Assembly: GCA_964612595.1 (NCBI GenBank)
Contig: CAZTFB010000004.1
Location: forward strand, 193-64,192
From: an uncultured Gammaproteobacteria bacterium
Lineage (GTDB): Bacteria; Patescibacteriota; Microgenomatia; UBA1406; HO2-37-13b
Reading direction: 5' to 3'
DNA length: 64,000 bases
A program made the translations under genes and the position numbers. The notes under the pieces are model-generated. The model saw only the letters and a list, made by a program, of their open reading frames with translations, was not told where the DNA came from and did no database searches. Below are positions 9,699 through 20,029 of the stretch, one piece after another (position 1 is the stretch's first letter; each line of letters opens with the position of its first letter).

Positions 9699-10685
9699 AT
9701 GAAACAAGAACCATTGGTTTCAATAATTATTCCGACAAGAAATAATAGAAATAGATTAAGGCTTCTACTTAGACTACTCCACAAGCAGTCATATACAAAC
9801 ATCGAATACATTGTTTCCGATGCGCTGTCTACAGACGGAACACGAGAAGTAGCAAAAAAGTATGGAGCGCGTATTATAGATAACAACAGACTTCTTGCAG
9901 AACCAGGAGTAAGTGTTGGTATGCAAGCTGCCTCAGGAGATCTAATGATGATTCTTGCTGTCGATAATTATTACTATCATCGCAATGATATTGAAAAAAT
10001 TATAAGTGTATTTCAAAACCCAAAAATATATGCAGCATTTCCAAAACATCAAAGTCGATCAAATTATTCGTTGTATTCTAAGTACATAAATACTTTTACT
10101 GATCCCTTTAATCATTTTGTGTATGGACTTGCTTCGAATGCTCGAACATTTTCTAAAATTTATAAAACTATCGAGCAGAATAAAACATACCATGTATATG
10201 ATCTTAAATCTTCAGAGATAAAACCAATATTGGCATTTGCTCAAGGTTTTACAATTAGAAGAGGGTACTCGCGCAGCATGAACAATTCGTTGGATGATAT
10301 TACTCCTGTTTTTGAACTTATACAACAAGGTAAACAAATTGCATATGTTCACTCTGTGGATCTTTACCACGATACTGTTCGAAATTCGGCTCACTTTTTA
10401 AATAAAATGGAGTGGGCTGCAACAAATGCTTTGAATAGAACAAACTATGGTATTGCACAAAGGCAAAATACATTAACAAAGAAACAGTCAATTAAGAAAT
10501 TAATTTTCCCAATCTATGCAATTTCCGTCATATTTCCTACAATGACTGCTCTGATATATGCGATAAAAGTTAGAAAAACAATATGGCTTTTTCATCCGGT
10601 AATAACATTCATAACAGGGTTTGCGATAATCAAAGTAATATTGTTTAAGCTCTTCGGGTTTACACAGCCAATTACTAGACTATAA
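9699..10685 (+). CDS. GT2 glycosyltransferase with C-terminal membrane helices
   Basis: 328 aa. VSIIIPTRNNRNRL...VSDALSTDGT, with a hydrophobic C-terminal ~70 aa. Confidence 0.75.
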   Translation: MKQEPLVSIIIPTRNNRNRLRLLLRLLHKQSYTNIEYIVSDALSTDGTREVAKKYGARIIDNNRLLAEPGVSVGMQAASGDLMMILAVDNYYYHRNDIEKIISVFQNPKIYAAFPKHQSRSNYSLYSKYINTFTDPFNHFVYGLASNARTFSKIYKTIEQNKTYHVYDLKSSEIKPILAFAQGFTIRRGYSRSMNNSLDDITPVFELIQQGKQIAYVHSVDLYHDTVRNSAHFLNKMEWAATNALNRTNYGIAQRQNTLTKKQSIKKLIFPIYAISVIFPTMTALIYAIKVRKTIWLFHPVITFITGFAIIKVILFKLFGFTQPITRL

Positions 10686-10692
10686 TATATCT

Positions 10693-11094
10693 ATGAATTA
10701 TAGAATAAGTCAGTTTGAAAAACATTCAGATGATAGAGGAGATCTAATAGTATTTTTGAAAAACTCTGAACTTGGAAATAATTTTAAGCAGTTTGGTCAA
10801 ATATACTTTGTAACCTTTGAAAAGAAAGGTGTCGTTCGAGGAAATCACTATCATAATAAGTGGCATGAGTGGTTCGGTATTGTGGCAGGTAAAATCGAAG
10901 TTTTCTTGGAGGACGTCAAAACTAAAGAAAAAATTTCGTTAATTCTTGATGCTAAGAAAGACAAGTATGTGAGACTCGAAATTGGCCCTTATGTTGCTCA
11001 TACATTTCGAAGTATTTCTGAGTATGCTGCACTTATTAATTATGCAGATAGCGAATGGTACTCGGATGATACCGTCCTTTATAAAATAAACTAA
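10693..11094 (+). CDS. Cupin sugar-nucleotide 3,4-ketoisomerase/epimerase (FdtA/WxcM-C-like)
   Basis: 133 aa. [14 protein letters not shown]...[23 protein letters not shown] is a cupin His pattern. It sits directly upstream of an LbH acetyltransferase and a DegT aminotransferase. Confidence 0.55.
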   Translation: MNYRISQFEKHSDDRGDLIVFLKNSELGNNFKQFGQIYFVTFEKKGVVRGNHYHNKWHEWFGIVAGKIEVFLEDVKTKEKISLILDAKKDKYVRLEIGPYVAHTFRSISEYAALINYADSEWYSDDTVLYKIN

Positions 11095-11095
11095 A

Positions 11096-11662
11096 ATGAA
11101 TTCATCATACTTTGCTCATGAACAAGCTCTTGTTGAAAGCGAAGCAATCGGTGAGGGAACTACAATATGGGCTTTTTGCCATATTTTAGCAGGAGCTCAA
11201 ATCGGAAAAAATGTGAACATATGCGATCATTGTTTTATTGAGGGAGATGTTATCATCGGTGACAATGCAACACTCAAATGCGGAGTTTACCTATGGAATG
11301 GCACTCGCATAGAAAATGGGGTATTCATTGGCCCTAATGCAACCTTTACAAATGATAAACTTCCAAGGAGTAAGAATCGAGATTATAAACAACATCAAAC
11401 TATACTAAGAGAAGGTTGTTCTATTGGTGCTAATGCGACTATTTTGCCGGGGATAACTATTGGTCAATATTCAATGGTTGGTGCGGGTAGTGTTGTCACT
11501 AAATCTGTTCCAGATTATGCTCTAGTTAGAGGAAATCAGGCCAAAATTGAAGGATACGTATGTGTCTGTGGAAATAAACTCTTGTTTACAAAGAATGAAT
11601 TCACATGTAGTTGTGATAGAAGGTATCAGAAAACTAATTTAGTTGTAAAACTAATCTCATGA
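11096..11662 (+). CDS. Left-handed beta-helix sugar N-acetyltransferase (FdtC/QdtC/WbpD-like)
   Basis: 188 aa with hexapeptide repeats: [33 protein letters not shown]...[40 protein letters not shown]. Confidence 0.75.
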   Translation: MNSSYFAHEQALVESEAIGEGTTIWAFCHILAGAQIGKNVNICDHCFIEGDVIIGDNATLKCGVYLWNGTRIENGVFIGPNATFTNDKLPRSKNRDYKQHQTILREGCSIGANATILPGITIGQYSMVGAGSVVTKSVPDYALVRGNQAKIEGYVCVCGNKLLFTKNEFTCSCDRRYQKTNLVVKLIS

Positions 11663-12747
11663 TACCATTCATAGATTTTCAGAAACAATATAGCACTATT
11701 CACGAGGAAGTTAATGAGTCAATTCAAAGAGTTTTAAGGTCACAGTTTTTTATACTGGGTCCTGAGACAGATGCATTTGAAAAAGAACTGGCTGACTATC
11801 TTGGATCAAAACATGTAGTTACAGTAAACTCGGGCACCGATGCTTTAATTTTTGCTCTTCGTATACTTGAAATTGGACCTGGGGATGAAGTAATTACACC
11901 GGCTAACAGCTTTATAGCCACTGCCCTTGCAATAACAGAGGCTGGAGCAACACCAGTTTTTGTTGATATCGATCCAAATACTTATGAACTAGATATCGAT
12001 CAAACTGAAAAAAAAATAACATCAAAAACAAAAGCTATACTACCGGTACACCTATATGGTTTACCTGCAAACATAGTAGCGATATCAAAAATTGCAAAGG
12101 AACATGGTCTCTTCATAGTTGAGGATGCCTGTCAATCTATTGGGTCTAGTTTTAGAGGAAAGAAAGCTGGTACATGGGGAGATATAGGAACTTTTAGTTT
12201 TTATCCAGGAAAAAATCTTGGTGCCTATGGTGATGGTGGAGCTATGTGTACAAACGATAGTAACCTATATGAAAAAATGAAGCTGATAAGAAACTATGGC
12301 CAAAAGATTAAGTATCATCATGATACATTTGGACTAAATTCACGATTAGACGAAGTCCAAGCGGCAGTTTTGCGGCTCAAACTAAAATACTTAGATGACT
12401 GGAATTTAAAGAGAAATGAGGTTGCAAATAAGTACAACAATCTATTGAAAAACATTAAAACTCAGACCATACCAGATGGTTATTTTTCCAATTATCACAT
12501 ATTTATTGTTGAACTAGATAATAGGGAAGAAATAAAAAAAATCTTGGATTCAAAAAATATTCAGACACTCATACATTATCCTATACCTATTCACCTCCAA
12601 AAATGTTATGAGGGAATGGGACATAAGAAGGGGGATTTTCCAATTACTGAAACAGCATCAGAAAGAATCTTATCGCTTCCCATGTTTCCTGATCTCGGTT
12701 TGACTTCAATCAAAGAAATATCTAATTATATAAATGAAAGATCCTGA
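11659..12747 (+). CDS. DegT/DnrJ/EryC1/StrS family PLP sugar aminotransferase
   Basis: 362 aa. The PLP-lysine motif is [18 protein letters not shown], and the N-terminus is [10 protein letters not shown]. An ATGA overlap joins it to the acetyltransferase. Confidence 0.85.
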   Translation: MIPFIDFQKQYSTIHEEVNESIQRVLRSQFFILGPETDAFEKELADYLGSKHVVTVNSGTDALIFALRILEIGPGDEVITPANSFIATALAITEAGATPVFVDIDPNTYELDIDQTEKKITSKTKAILPVHLYGLPANIVAISKIAKEHGLFIVEDACQSIGSSFRGKKAGTWGDIGTFSFYPGKNLGAYGDGGAMCTNDSNLYEKMKLIRNYGQKIKYHHDTFGLNSRLDEVQAAVLRLKLKYLDDWNLKRNEVANKYNNLLKNIKTQTIPDGYFSNYHIFIVELDNREEIKKILDSKNIQTLIHYPIPIHLQKCYEGMGHKKGDFPITETASERILSLPMFPDLGLTSIKEISNYINERS

Positions 12748-13785
12748 ATGAAACCTGTTTTTTCAATCTGTATTCTCACATATAATCGAAGTAAACTTCT
12801 GAATCGAGCGCTAATGAGCTGTTTACCTTTAATTAATAAGACGATTGAGATTGTAGTTATTGACAATGCCAGCAGAGACGATACTAATAACTTGATGAAA
12901 GGTTGGAGCAAGAAACATCCTAATATTAAGTATGTGCGTAGAAAAAAGAACATTGGTTTTTTTAACAACTTTATAGCAAGTTTTAAATATTGCAGAGGTA
13001 AATATGTTCTTTTTTGTGGTGATGATGATTTGTTTATAGACGCTAAAGTCATTAAATATTACCAAAAAGCCTTTAAAAAAAGCAATGTCGGCATTGTTCG
13101 ATGTAGACAGATAAATATAAAAGACGATCAGATTGTTCAATCCTCTTCAACCCCCAACAATGGAAAAGTTGCACTGTACAAAGAGGGACTTGATGTTCTA
13201 AATCCAGTTATATTTGATGCATTTAGTCTTACTGGATTGGCTTTTTTGAATAATTCATTATTGAGATCATCGTTAACAAAATCAGAATCTATGTATCCTC
13301 AAGTAGAGCTTTGTATGAAATTAATGGTGACATACAAAGCTGCTCAAATAGAAAAAATATTAGTTGCAATTCAAGGACATGATAATCAACTAAATGTACT
13401 AAGTTATTCACTTAATAAAAATACTACAAATATATTAGATGACTTATCTGATGTTTATGATAGAGTTAGACGATATGCCAAAAAGAACATTTTCTCGAGA
13501 AATGTGTTTCTGGGTCACATTTCATCATTTCTTCCAATTTTCTTTCCATACGGATGTCTCAAAAATGGAAAAAGAGATACTTTTAATCTTATTTTCAAAA
13601 TTGTAAAATTGAATCTACACATCTTATTATCTCCACTTTTTTATGTAAGTATAATTATTTGCTTACTTCCATCGAGTATTTTGAGATATACCCTCCAGAT
13701 TCTAAACTATATACGACTCAAGAGAGATCCTAATTTTAAACAATTTGCAAAGTTCAACGAGCTCATCACAACTATCTCCACTTAA
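12748..13785 (+). CDS. GT2 glycosyltransferase
   Basis: 345 aa. FSICILTYNRSKLLNRAL...VVIDNASRDDT...LFCGDDDLF contains a DDD motif. Confidence 0.7.
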   Translation: MKPVFSICILTYNRSKLLNRALMSCLPLINKTIEIVVIDNASRDDTNNLMKGWSKKHPNIKYVRRKKNIGFFNNFIASFKYCRGKYVLFCGDDDLFIDAKVIKYYQKAFKKSNVGIVRCRQINIKDDQIVQSSSTPNNGKVALYKEGLDVLNPVIFDAFSLTGLAFLNNSLLRSSLTKSESMYPQVELCMKLMVTYKAAQIEKILVAIQGHDNQLNVLSYSLNKNTTNILDDLSDVYDRVRRYAKKNIFSRNVFLGHISSFLPIFFPYGCLKNGKRDTFNLIFKIVKLNLHILLSPLFYVSIIICLLPSSILRYTLQILNYIRLKRDPNFKQFAKFNELITTIST

Positions 13786-14224
13786 CATTCCAATCGTAAG
13801 TAAATATTGAAGTTTCCATGGGATCCATTCTCTTTATCTCCTCTGGGTCATGAGGAATATCGGTGCAATTTGCAACGATTGCAGCGGAGGGTCCAATTCC
13901 CATAAATCCATTCCATACCATTGGTGGAATAGTGACAAGAGAGTAATTTTCATCTCCTAAAAAAATCTCTTCGAGTTGGCCTTTAGTGGCTGATTCATCT
14001 CTGTTGTCAAACAGAACAAGCTTTATCATGCCACTTACGACAGCATAATTAAGCGTCATTTTTGTATGGATATGCCACGCTTTGACCACACCTGGGTAAA
14101 TTTTTGAAAAGTATATTTCTCCAAACTGTATGAACTCGGGATCGGATGATTTAAGCATGTGATAAATCGCTCCGCGATCATCTGGAATTTTCTTAAGTGG
14201 TTTGACTTTTACACCTTCTATCAT
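13772..14224 (-). CDS. RmlC-like cupin NDP-sugar epimerase (AscE-like candidate)
   Basis: 150 aa. PLKKIPDDRGAIYHML...GEIYFSKIYPGVVKAWHIH resembles short dTDP-4-dehydrorhamnose 3,5-epimerase relatives. It is the last gene of the CDP-deoxyhexose operon. Confidence 0.6.
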   Translation of the reverse strand: MIEGVKVKPLKKIPDDRGAIYHMLKSSDPEFIQFGEIYFSKIYPGVVKAWHIHTKMTLNYAVVSGMIKLVLFDNRDESATKGQLEEIFLGDENYSLVTIPPMVWNGFMGIGPSAAIVANCTDIPHDPEEIKRMDPMETSIFTYDWNVKWR

Positions 14225-15150
14225 AAGTATTGTGGGTTAGATTTATAAAATTGATAAACACGTACTAATCCCTCCTTAATATTAACTTGTGGTTCCCATC
14301 CGAGCAATCTTTTTGCCTTTGAGTAATCGCAATTCATATACATGATATCTCTGTTTGGATGGGAATTCCCAAAAGTGATCAAATTTTGTTTCTCAGTGAT
14401 TTCGTGGACAGTACTTACTATTTTCCTTAGTGAAATTGCTTGATCTGTACCAATATTGAAAACTTCATGAGCATTGGATTTTTGCGAAGAAAGAAAAAGT
14501 ATTAGTTTTTCATAAGCGATAACAAGATCGCTAATATATGTGAAGTTAAGCTCTTGCATACCTTTTGATAGTGTTAGGGGCTCGCTTTTTATAAATGAAT
14601 TCATGAGGAGTGATATAAGTTTTCGATTATCCTTTTCTCCATAAGGATAAAATAATCGAAGCGTAGCGGTTTTCACCAATGAATTATTTCCTTTATATGC
14701 CAAAATATCCTCAAATGCTAGCTTTGTTGCCGCATAATAGTTATAAGCTTCTCGTGGGCTATCTTCTGAAAGTTTTTCTTTGCTTAATTTATACTCAAAG
14801 CATGTTCCTGTATTAATGAAGAACTGACAACTATTCCTTGAAGCATGCTCTAATAGTAGTGATGGAAGCGTAATGTTTGTTTTAATCATCTCTTGAACAT
14901 CAAGAGCATCATCTGTTTTTTTATAAAGTGTAGCCAAGTGCACGATTCCATCGACATCATCTGGAAAAATATTTTCGAGATCACTAAGTTTCGAATAGGG
15001 GAGAAGCATGACCTTATCCTTAACTTCGTCAATTCGCCAAGTGTTTGATTCTGGTCGTACGAGCAAGTAAAGCGAGTGTCCGGCTTGTAATAACTCATGA
15101 GTAACATGGCTTCCAATAAAACCAGTTCCTCCAGTAATTAAAATCTTCAT
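14221..15150 (-). CDS. Extended SDR NDP-sugar reductase/epimerase (4-ketoreductase candidate)
   Basis: 309 aa. It has the ILITGGTGFIGSHV Rossmann motif and the YYAATKLAFE catalytic YxxxK. An ATGA overlap joins it to the upstream E1 gene. Confidence 0.7.
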   Translation of the reverse strand: MKILITGGTGFIGSHVTHELLQAGHSLYLLVRPESNTWRIDEVKDKVMLLPYSKLSDLENIFPDDVDGIVHLATLYKKTDDALDVQEMIKTNITLPSLLLEHASRNSCQFFINTGTCFEYKLSKEKLSEDSPREAYNYYAATKLAFEDILAYKGNNSLVKTATLRLFYPYGEKDNRKLISLLMNSFIKSEPLTLSKGMQELNFTYISDLVIAYEKLILFLSSQKSNAHEVFNIGTDQAISLRKIVSTVHEITEKQNLITFGNSHPNRDIMYMNCDYSKAKRLLGWEPQVNIKEGLVRVYQFYKSNPQYL

Positions 15151-16403
15151 GTATGCGATGAAAGAAATGCATCAATTGTCTTTGTAATATATGAAAGACG
15201 CTTGTTATCTATTCCTGGCCATACACCGATCCAAAATGCATGATTCATTATTTGATCAGCATTCGATAAATCACCAATAATCTTTTTATTCTTCAAATTT
15301 AAATATGCGGGATGTCGAAGAAGATTTCCAGCAAATACATTACGTGTTCCAATTTTATTGTTCTCCAAATACTTAGTAAAATCATTTCTACTAAATTTGG
15401 CTGCTTCTTTAACAATTACCGGGAATCCAAACCAACAAGGATCCTCTCTCCCTGTAAGTTTAATCAACTGAAAGTAATCGGTATGTTTACTGAAATAAGC
15501 AAATAGTTTATTATAGTTTTTCTTTCTCGCTTCAATAAATGATGGTACTTTATCAATTTGAGCGACTCCAATAGCCGCCTGAAAGTCTGTCAGTTTTACA
15601 TTAAATCCAATTTGTGAGTATATATATTTATGATCGTAGCTTTCTGGCAGTTCCCCCAATTTCCAACCAAATCTCTTCCCACATGTATTGTCCTTTCCTG
15701 GATCACACCAACAATCACGTCCCCAGTCTCGAAATTGACGTATAGATCGATGTATTAGTGGGTTATCTGTCACTATCGCACCACCTTCGCCCATTGTCAT
15801 CTGATGAGCAGGATAAAAACTGTATGTTGCAATGTCTCCAAAAGTTCCCACTAACTTTCCATCATATCTCGATCCTAAAGCGTCACAACTATCTTCTATA
15901 AGCCATAGCTCGTGTTTTTTTGCTAGATACTGAACTTTTTCCAAGTCAAATGGAATTCCAAGGGTATGTGCCATCATAATAAGTTTTGTTTTTGGAGTAA
16001 TCGCTTTTTCCAACAGATCGATATTCATATTGAGAGTATTTATGTCAACATCGACAAAAACAGGGGTTAATCCAAATTGAATCCCAGGGTTGACTGTTGT
16101 AGGGAATCCCACTGCAGCCGTAATAAATTCGTCACCTTTTTGTAAAGCACGCTTACCGAAAATAGAGGATGTAAGTGAGTAGAGAGCAATTAGATTGGCA
16201 GAAGAACCGGAATTAACGAGAGAAACACACTTTCGCCCCATAAAAGCCTTGAATTTACTTTCAAATTCTTTCACAAATCTTCCTTCTGTCCAGCATGCGT
16301 CTGTTGCAGCTTCAATCGCGTTATTAATTTCCTTCTTATCGTATACTTTGCCCGATACTGGAATATAGGTTACTCCAGGTTCAAACTTTGGTCTTTTTAT
16401 CAT
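15147..16403 (-). CDS. rfbH: CDP-4-keto-6-deoxyglucose 3-dehydrase E1 (RfbH/DdhC/AscC)
   Basis: 418 aa DegT-fold protein. The PLP lysine is replaced by His (YSFYPAHQMTMGEGG). I counted an exact C-X57-C-X1-C-X7-C pattern (DSC...RDCWCDPGKDNTC), which matches the unusual E1 [2Fe-2S] motif as I recall it. Confidence 0.85.
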   Translation of the reverse strand: MIKRPKFEPGVTYIPVSGKVYDKKEINNAIEAATDACWTEGRFVKEFESKFKAFMGRKCVSLVNSGSSANLIALYSLTSSIFGKRALQKGDEFITAAVGFPTTVNPGIQFGLTPVFVDVDINTLNMNIDLLEKAITPKTKLIMMAHTLGIPFDLEKVQYLAKKHELWLIEDSCDALGSRYDGKLVGTFGDIATYSFYPAHQMTMGEGGAIVTDNPLIHRSIRQFRDWGRDCWCDPGKDNTCGKRFGWKLGELPESYDHKYIYSQIGFNVKLTDFQAAIGVAQIDKVPSFIEARKKNYNKLFAYFSKHTDYFQLIKLTGREDPCWFGFPVIVKEAAKFSRNDFTKYLENNKIGTRNVFAGNLLRHPAYLNLKNKKIIGDLSNADQIMNHAFWIGVWPGIDNKRLSYITKTIDAFLSSHT

Positions 16404-17362
16404 AGAGAAAAGTGAGATTTATACCAAGCATATATTTGATAAATTGTGCTTTCAAAGGTATGTGATGGTTCCCAACCAAAATTCTTTTTAATTTTTGAAT
16501 AGTCTAGTGATTGATATGGAATCTCATTTTTTGCGATATTCAATATTTTGTGAGGAATTTTCATAGCTAAGAAATTCTCAGCACGGGTAATTACATCAAT
16601 TACTTTTAAAGTATCAGGTGAACCAAAATTATATGCATGACCACGTGCTTTATTGATTTGTGATGCCAACAATAGATATCCCGTTACAACGTCTTTAACA
16701 TACAGGTAATCTCGAACAAAACTACCATCACTTCTTATTTCAAGTTTTTCTTTTTGAATTAACGCCTTCATAATGCCGGGAATAAGGCGCGCAAAATTAA
16801 GATCACCTTCGCCATATATGTTTCCAAAGCGGGTAATAATAATCGGGAGACCATATGTTTTTGCATATGATGTGCAGATAAGATCGGTCGCAGACTTTGA
16901 AACTTCGTACGGATGATCTCCTTTAAGTTGATGATCTTCTGTATATTTGATTTCACCGTGCTTACCGTATGCTTTATCAGAAGATGCGACAACAATACCT
17001 GCGATATTCGAGTACAATCGCATACTTTCTAGAAGATTAATGGTCCCATTTATATTTGATTCGAGCGTTCGTCGGGGATTTTGATACGCTACATCTACCA
17101 ATGGTTGAGCTGCAAGGTGGAAAATAAAATCAACCTCGTGCTTGGTTACAAGATCGAAAACCCTATCAAAATTGACAAGGTCAACATACTCCATGACGAC
17201 TTTTTGATTTAAACCTTGCGTCATAAAATATGATCGCGGGTTATGTTGGAGAAAAGTTGTCACAACCGATACTCCTGACAAGACTAACTCTTCTACAACA
17301 TGAGAACCAACAAATCCTGTGCCCCCCGTCACTAATACGGTTTTATTTTTTAGATTGTACAT
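16400..17362 (-). CDS. rfbG: NDP-hexose (CDP-glucose) 4,6-dehydratase, extended SDR
   Basis: 320 aa. VLVTGGTGFVGSHV, SSDKAYG and YEVSKSATD (YxxxK) are present. It lies between the cytidylyltransferase and the E1 gene. Confidence 0.65.
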   Translation of the reverse strand: MYNLKNKTVLVTGGTGFVGSHVVEELVLSGVSVVTTFLQHNPRSYFMTQGLNQKVVMEYVDLVNFDRVFDLVTKHEVDFIFHLAAQPLVDVAYQNPRRTLESNINGTINLLESMRLYSNIAGIVVASSDKAYGKHGEIKYTEDHQLKGDHPYEVSKSATDLICTSYAKTYGLPIIITRFGNIYGEGDLNFARLIPGIMKALIQKEKLEIRSDGSFVRDYLYVKDVVTGYLLLASQINKARGHAYNFGSPDTLKVIDVITRAENFLAMKIPHKILNIAKNEIPYQSLDYSKIKKNFGWEPSHTFESTIYQIYAWYKSHFSL

Positions 17363-17374
17363 ATGAGTATTTCC

Positions 17375-18154
17375 CTACTTCCAAATTTTCCAAGGCGGGT
17401 TTGATGATTTCCAAATATTATTCAAATCCTCAAGTTCTTTATAAGTATCAATAGCATACCAGAAGTCTTCGTGCTTGTAGAGCGACAGCTGGTCTTTCGT
17501 AATAAGCCTTTTTAGCCCTTCGTGTTCCAGTTCATTTTTTTTAAGATACTTAAAAAACTCATACTTAAAAAACATAAAGCCGCCATTAACCCAATCAGCA
17601 AGAACTGGTTTCTCAACGAACGCTTTAACCAACCTACCTTTTTTTAACTTAACAAGGCCATATTTAGTACGAGGGTGTACTCCACAAATAGTGCCAATAG
17701 TTTTATTTTTCTTGTGAAAATCGTAGACTTTATCTAAAGGGATATTGCTAACTCCATCACCATACGTAACCATAAAATTCATATCACTTTTAGGAATATA
17801 TTCTTTACAGCGGAGTATACGTTCGCCAGGAAGTGTGTCTAGGCCGGTGTCAACAAACGTGATCTTAAAATTATCTATCTCTCTTCTATTTTCAAGATGA
17901 AATGAAGTTATATGATCCTTTGTTTCTAAAGTAAAATCTGAGCTAAATGCTTTTTGATTTAGGAAATATTCCTTAATGTAATCTGCTTTGTATCCGAGTG
18001 CTAGAATAAACTCATTAAATCCATAGTACGAATACATCTTCATAATGTGCCAGATCAATGGCTTATCTCCTACATAAACCATTGGTTTTGGTTTAAATTC
18101 TGTTTCTTCTTTCAGTCTGGTTCCTTGCCCTCCACAGAGTATAATTGCTTTCAT
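17375..18154 (-). CDS. rfbF: Glucose-1-phosphate cytidylyltransferase
   Basis: MKAIILCGGQGTRLKEETEFKPKPMVYVGDKPLIWHIMKMYSYYGFNEFILALGYKADYIKEYF closely follows the RfbF N-terminal consensus. I prefer this ATG over the track's start at 18169. Confidence 0.85.
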   Translation of the reverse strand: MKAIILCGGQGTRLKEETEFKPKPMVYVGDKPLIWHIMKMYSYYGFNEFILALGYKADYIKEYFLNQKAFSSDFTLETKDHITSFHLENRREIDNFKITFVDTGLDTLPGERILRCKEYIPKSDMNFMVTYGDGVSNIPLDKVYDFHKKNKTIGTICGVHPRTKYGLVKLKKGRLVKAFVEKPVLADWVNGGFMFFKYEFFKYLKKNELEHEGLKRLITKDQLSLYKHEDFWYAIDTYKELEDLNNIWKSSNPPWKIWK

Positions 18155-18208
18155 AGTTGCCAAGCGCACTAATTAATTTTATACGGAGTATTATAATGGA
18201 CAAATCTT

Positions 18209-19198
18209 ATGAATAGTATTAGCAAAAGCGAGCTTATATCCATAATTGTCCTGAACTATAATGGAGTAGAGTATCTGAAAAAATGTCTCGCGAGTATTCT
18301 ACATCAAGACTATCCTAACATTGAGATAATCCTGGTAGATAACGCGTCTACTGACAATTCCGTAAATTTTGTATCTTCAACATTTCCTCAAGTCAAAATT
18401 ATTAGAAATAAAAGGGGTCTTGGGTTTGGTGGAGGTAATCTAGTTGGGGTAAAAGCTGCTAAAGGAAATAAAATACTTCTGGTAAGTAACGATACCTGGA
18501 TGAAGCCAGACTTACTAACAAAACTGAATGGCTTTTATGATAAAAATTCTTTTAATGTAGTTGCTCCTTACCAAGCAGATTATGAAAGTAAATCTACTTA
18601 TTTAAATACATCGCTTATCGATCCATTTGGTCATCACATTTATATAGATAACACAGAAACTCCACCATTTTATCTTACAGGAGTATGTCTATTTTGTAGA
18701 AAAGATTTTTACTTGAAAACCAGAGGTATGGATCCAAAATTCTTTCTGTATGTTGAGGATGCAGACTGGTTTTGGCGACTATTACTTTTAGGATACACAT
18801 TCACCTACGTACCACATTCATATATTTATCATAAAGGGGGAGGGAGCACAGGGGGACACAACACAAAGAAATTAAAAGCAGATATATTCTTATATCGAAA
18901 CAGAAATACATTGTATATGCTTTTGAAGAATTATAGTCTTCCAAGCCTATTTATTATACTTCCACTTTATATAGTAATTAATGTCTTTGAGGTTATTTTT
19001 TTTACTATTTTGCTCAAAATACATATAGTAAAAGCTTATGTCATAAGCTGGGTACAAATATATTCAAGGTTGAATGAAATCAGGAAAGAAAGAATTTGGG
19101 TACAGAAAAATAGGGTTGTTTCTGATGTTGAAATAATCAAAAAAATGTACAAAGGCTCAGCAAAATTAGCACACTTGACTCAATTTTATGCAAAATAA
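18209..19198 (+). CDS. GT2 glycosyltransferase
   Basis: 329 aa. ISIIVLNYNGVEYLKKCL...ILVDNASTDNS...VEDADWFWR. Confidence 0.75.
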   Translation: MNSISKSELISIIVLNYNGVEYLKKCLASILHQDYPNIEIILVDNASTDNSVNFVSSTFPQVKIIRNKRGLGFGGGNLVGVKAAKGNKILLVSNDTWMKPDLLTKLNGFYDKNSFNVVAPYQADYESKSTYLNTSLIDPFGHHIYIDNTETPPFYLTGVCLFCRKDFYLKTRGMDPKFFLYVEDADWFWRLLLLGYTFTYVPHSYIYHKGGGSTGGHNTKKLKADIFLYRNRNTLYMLLKNYSLPSLFIILPLYIVINVFEVIFFTILLKIHIVKAYVISWVQIYSRLNEIRKERIWVQKNRVVSDVEIIKKMYKGSAKLAHLTQFYAK

Positions 19199-20015
19199 GA
19201 TTTCGGCTCTTTTGGTCGTATACAACGAAGAAGCTGTCATAGAAAGATGTTTAAAATCTATAGAAAATGTAGTTGATGAAATAATTGTCATTCATGATGG
19301 TCCTTGCAACGATAATACTCTTAAACTTGCTCGAAAATTCACAAAAAAGGTACATGAAACAAAAGTACGGAAGGGTATTGGAGAATCATGGTACATAAAG
19401 GGTTTTAATTTGTGTAAATTCAACTGGATTCTTCGCATTGATGCAGATGAATACATATCGAAAGAACTACAAAAAAACCTGAAATCACTAATTGAATCTG
19501 ACACATGCGATGCATACTCATTCGTATGGCCAATGTGGGATGGGAAAAAATACATCGATATGAGTTTTCTAAGAAAAAACTTTTTGTTTCGCAAGTCAAA
19601 AATCGGATTTATGGATAAATTCCACTATCCAATAAAAGTAAACGGAAGGGTTTGTAGGAGCGAACTTATTGTTCACCATAAACCAAAATATAATAATTGG
19701 TCATCAGAAACATTTGAGAAAAAGCAAAAACGCTGGGCAAAACTTCAAGCCAAGGATTTTCTTGAGCCAATTGAGAATAGAGAAGTATATAATCTGGATA
19801 TAGATGATTTGAAAAAAGAGGAGAAAGTAAAAAGGCTACTATATACATTTCCATTTTCTGTTTTGATTGTGACCTACCTAATTCACCTAAAGGGAATAGT
19901 CGGTCAGCCAGCGATAGTTTTTAATAGAGGTTACTGGATATTCGGAAGGATCACAGCTAAATATAGTTATGAAGTTGCCAAGGAAGTTAAGAAACTGACT
20001 AGCAAAACTTTTTAG
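19188..20015 (+). CDS. GT2 glycosyltransferase
   Basis: 275 aa. ISALLVVYNEEAVIERCL...IIVIHDGPCNDNT...LRIDADEYI. Confidence 0.65.
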   Translation: MQNKISALLVVYNEEAVIERCLKSIENVVDEIIVIHDGPCNDNTLKLARKFTKKVHETKVRKGIGESWYIKGFNLCKFNWILRIDADEYISKELQKNLKSLIESDTCDAYSFVWPMWDGKKYIDMSFLRKNFLFRKSKIGFMDKFHYPIKVNGRVCRSELIVHHKPKYNNWSSETFEKKQKRWAKLQAKDFLEPIENREVYNLDIDDLKKEEKVKRLLYTFPFSVLIVTYLIHLKGIVGQPAIVFNRGYWIFGRITAKYSYEVAKEVKKLTSKTF

Positions 20016-20029
20016 ACAGAACCAATCAT

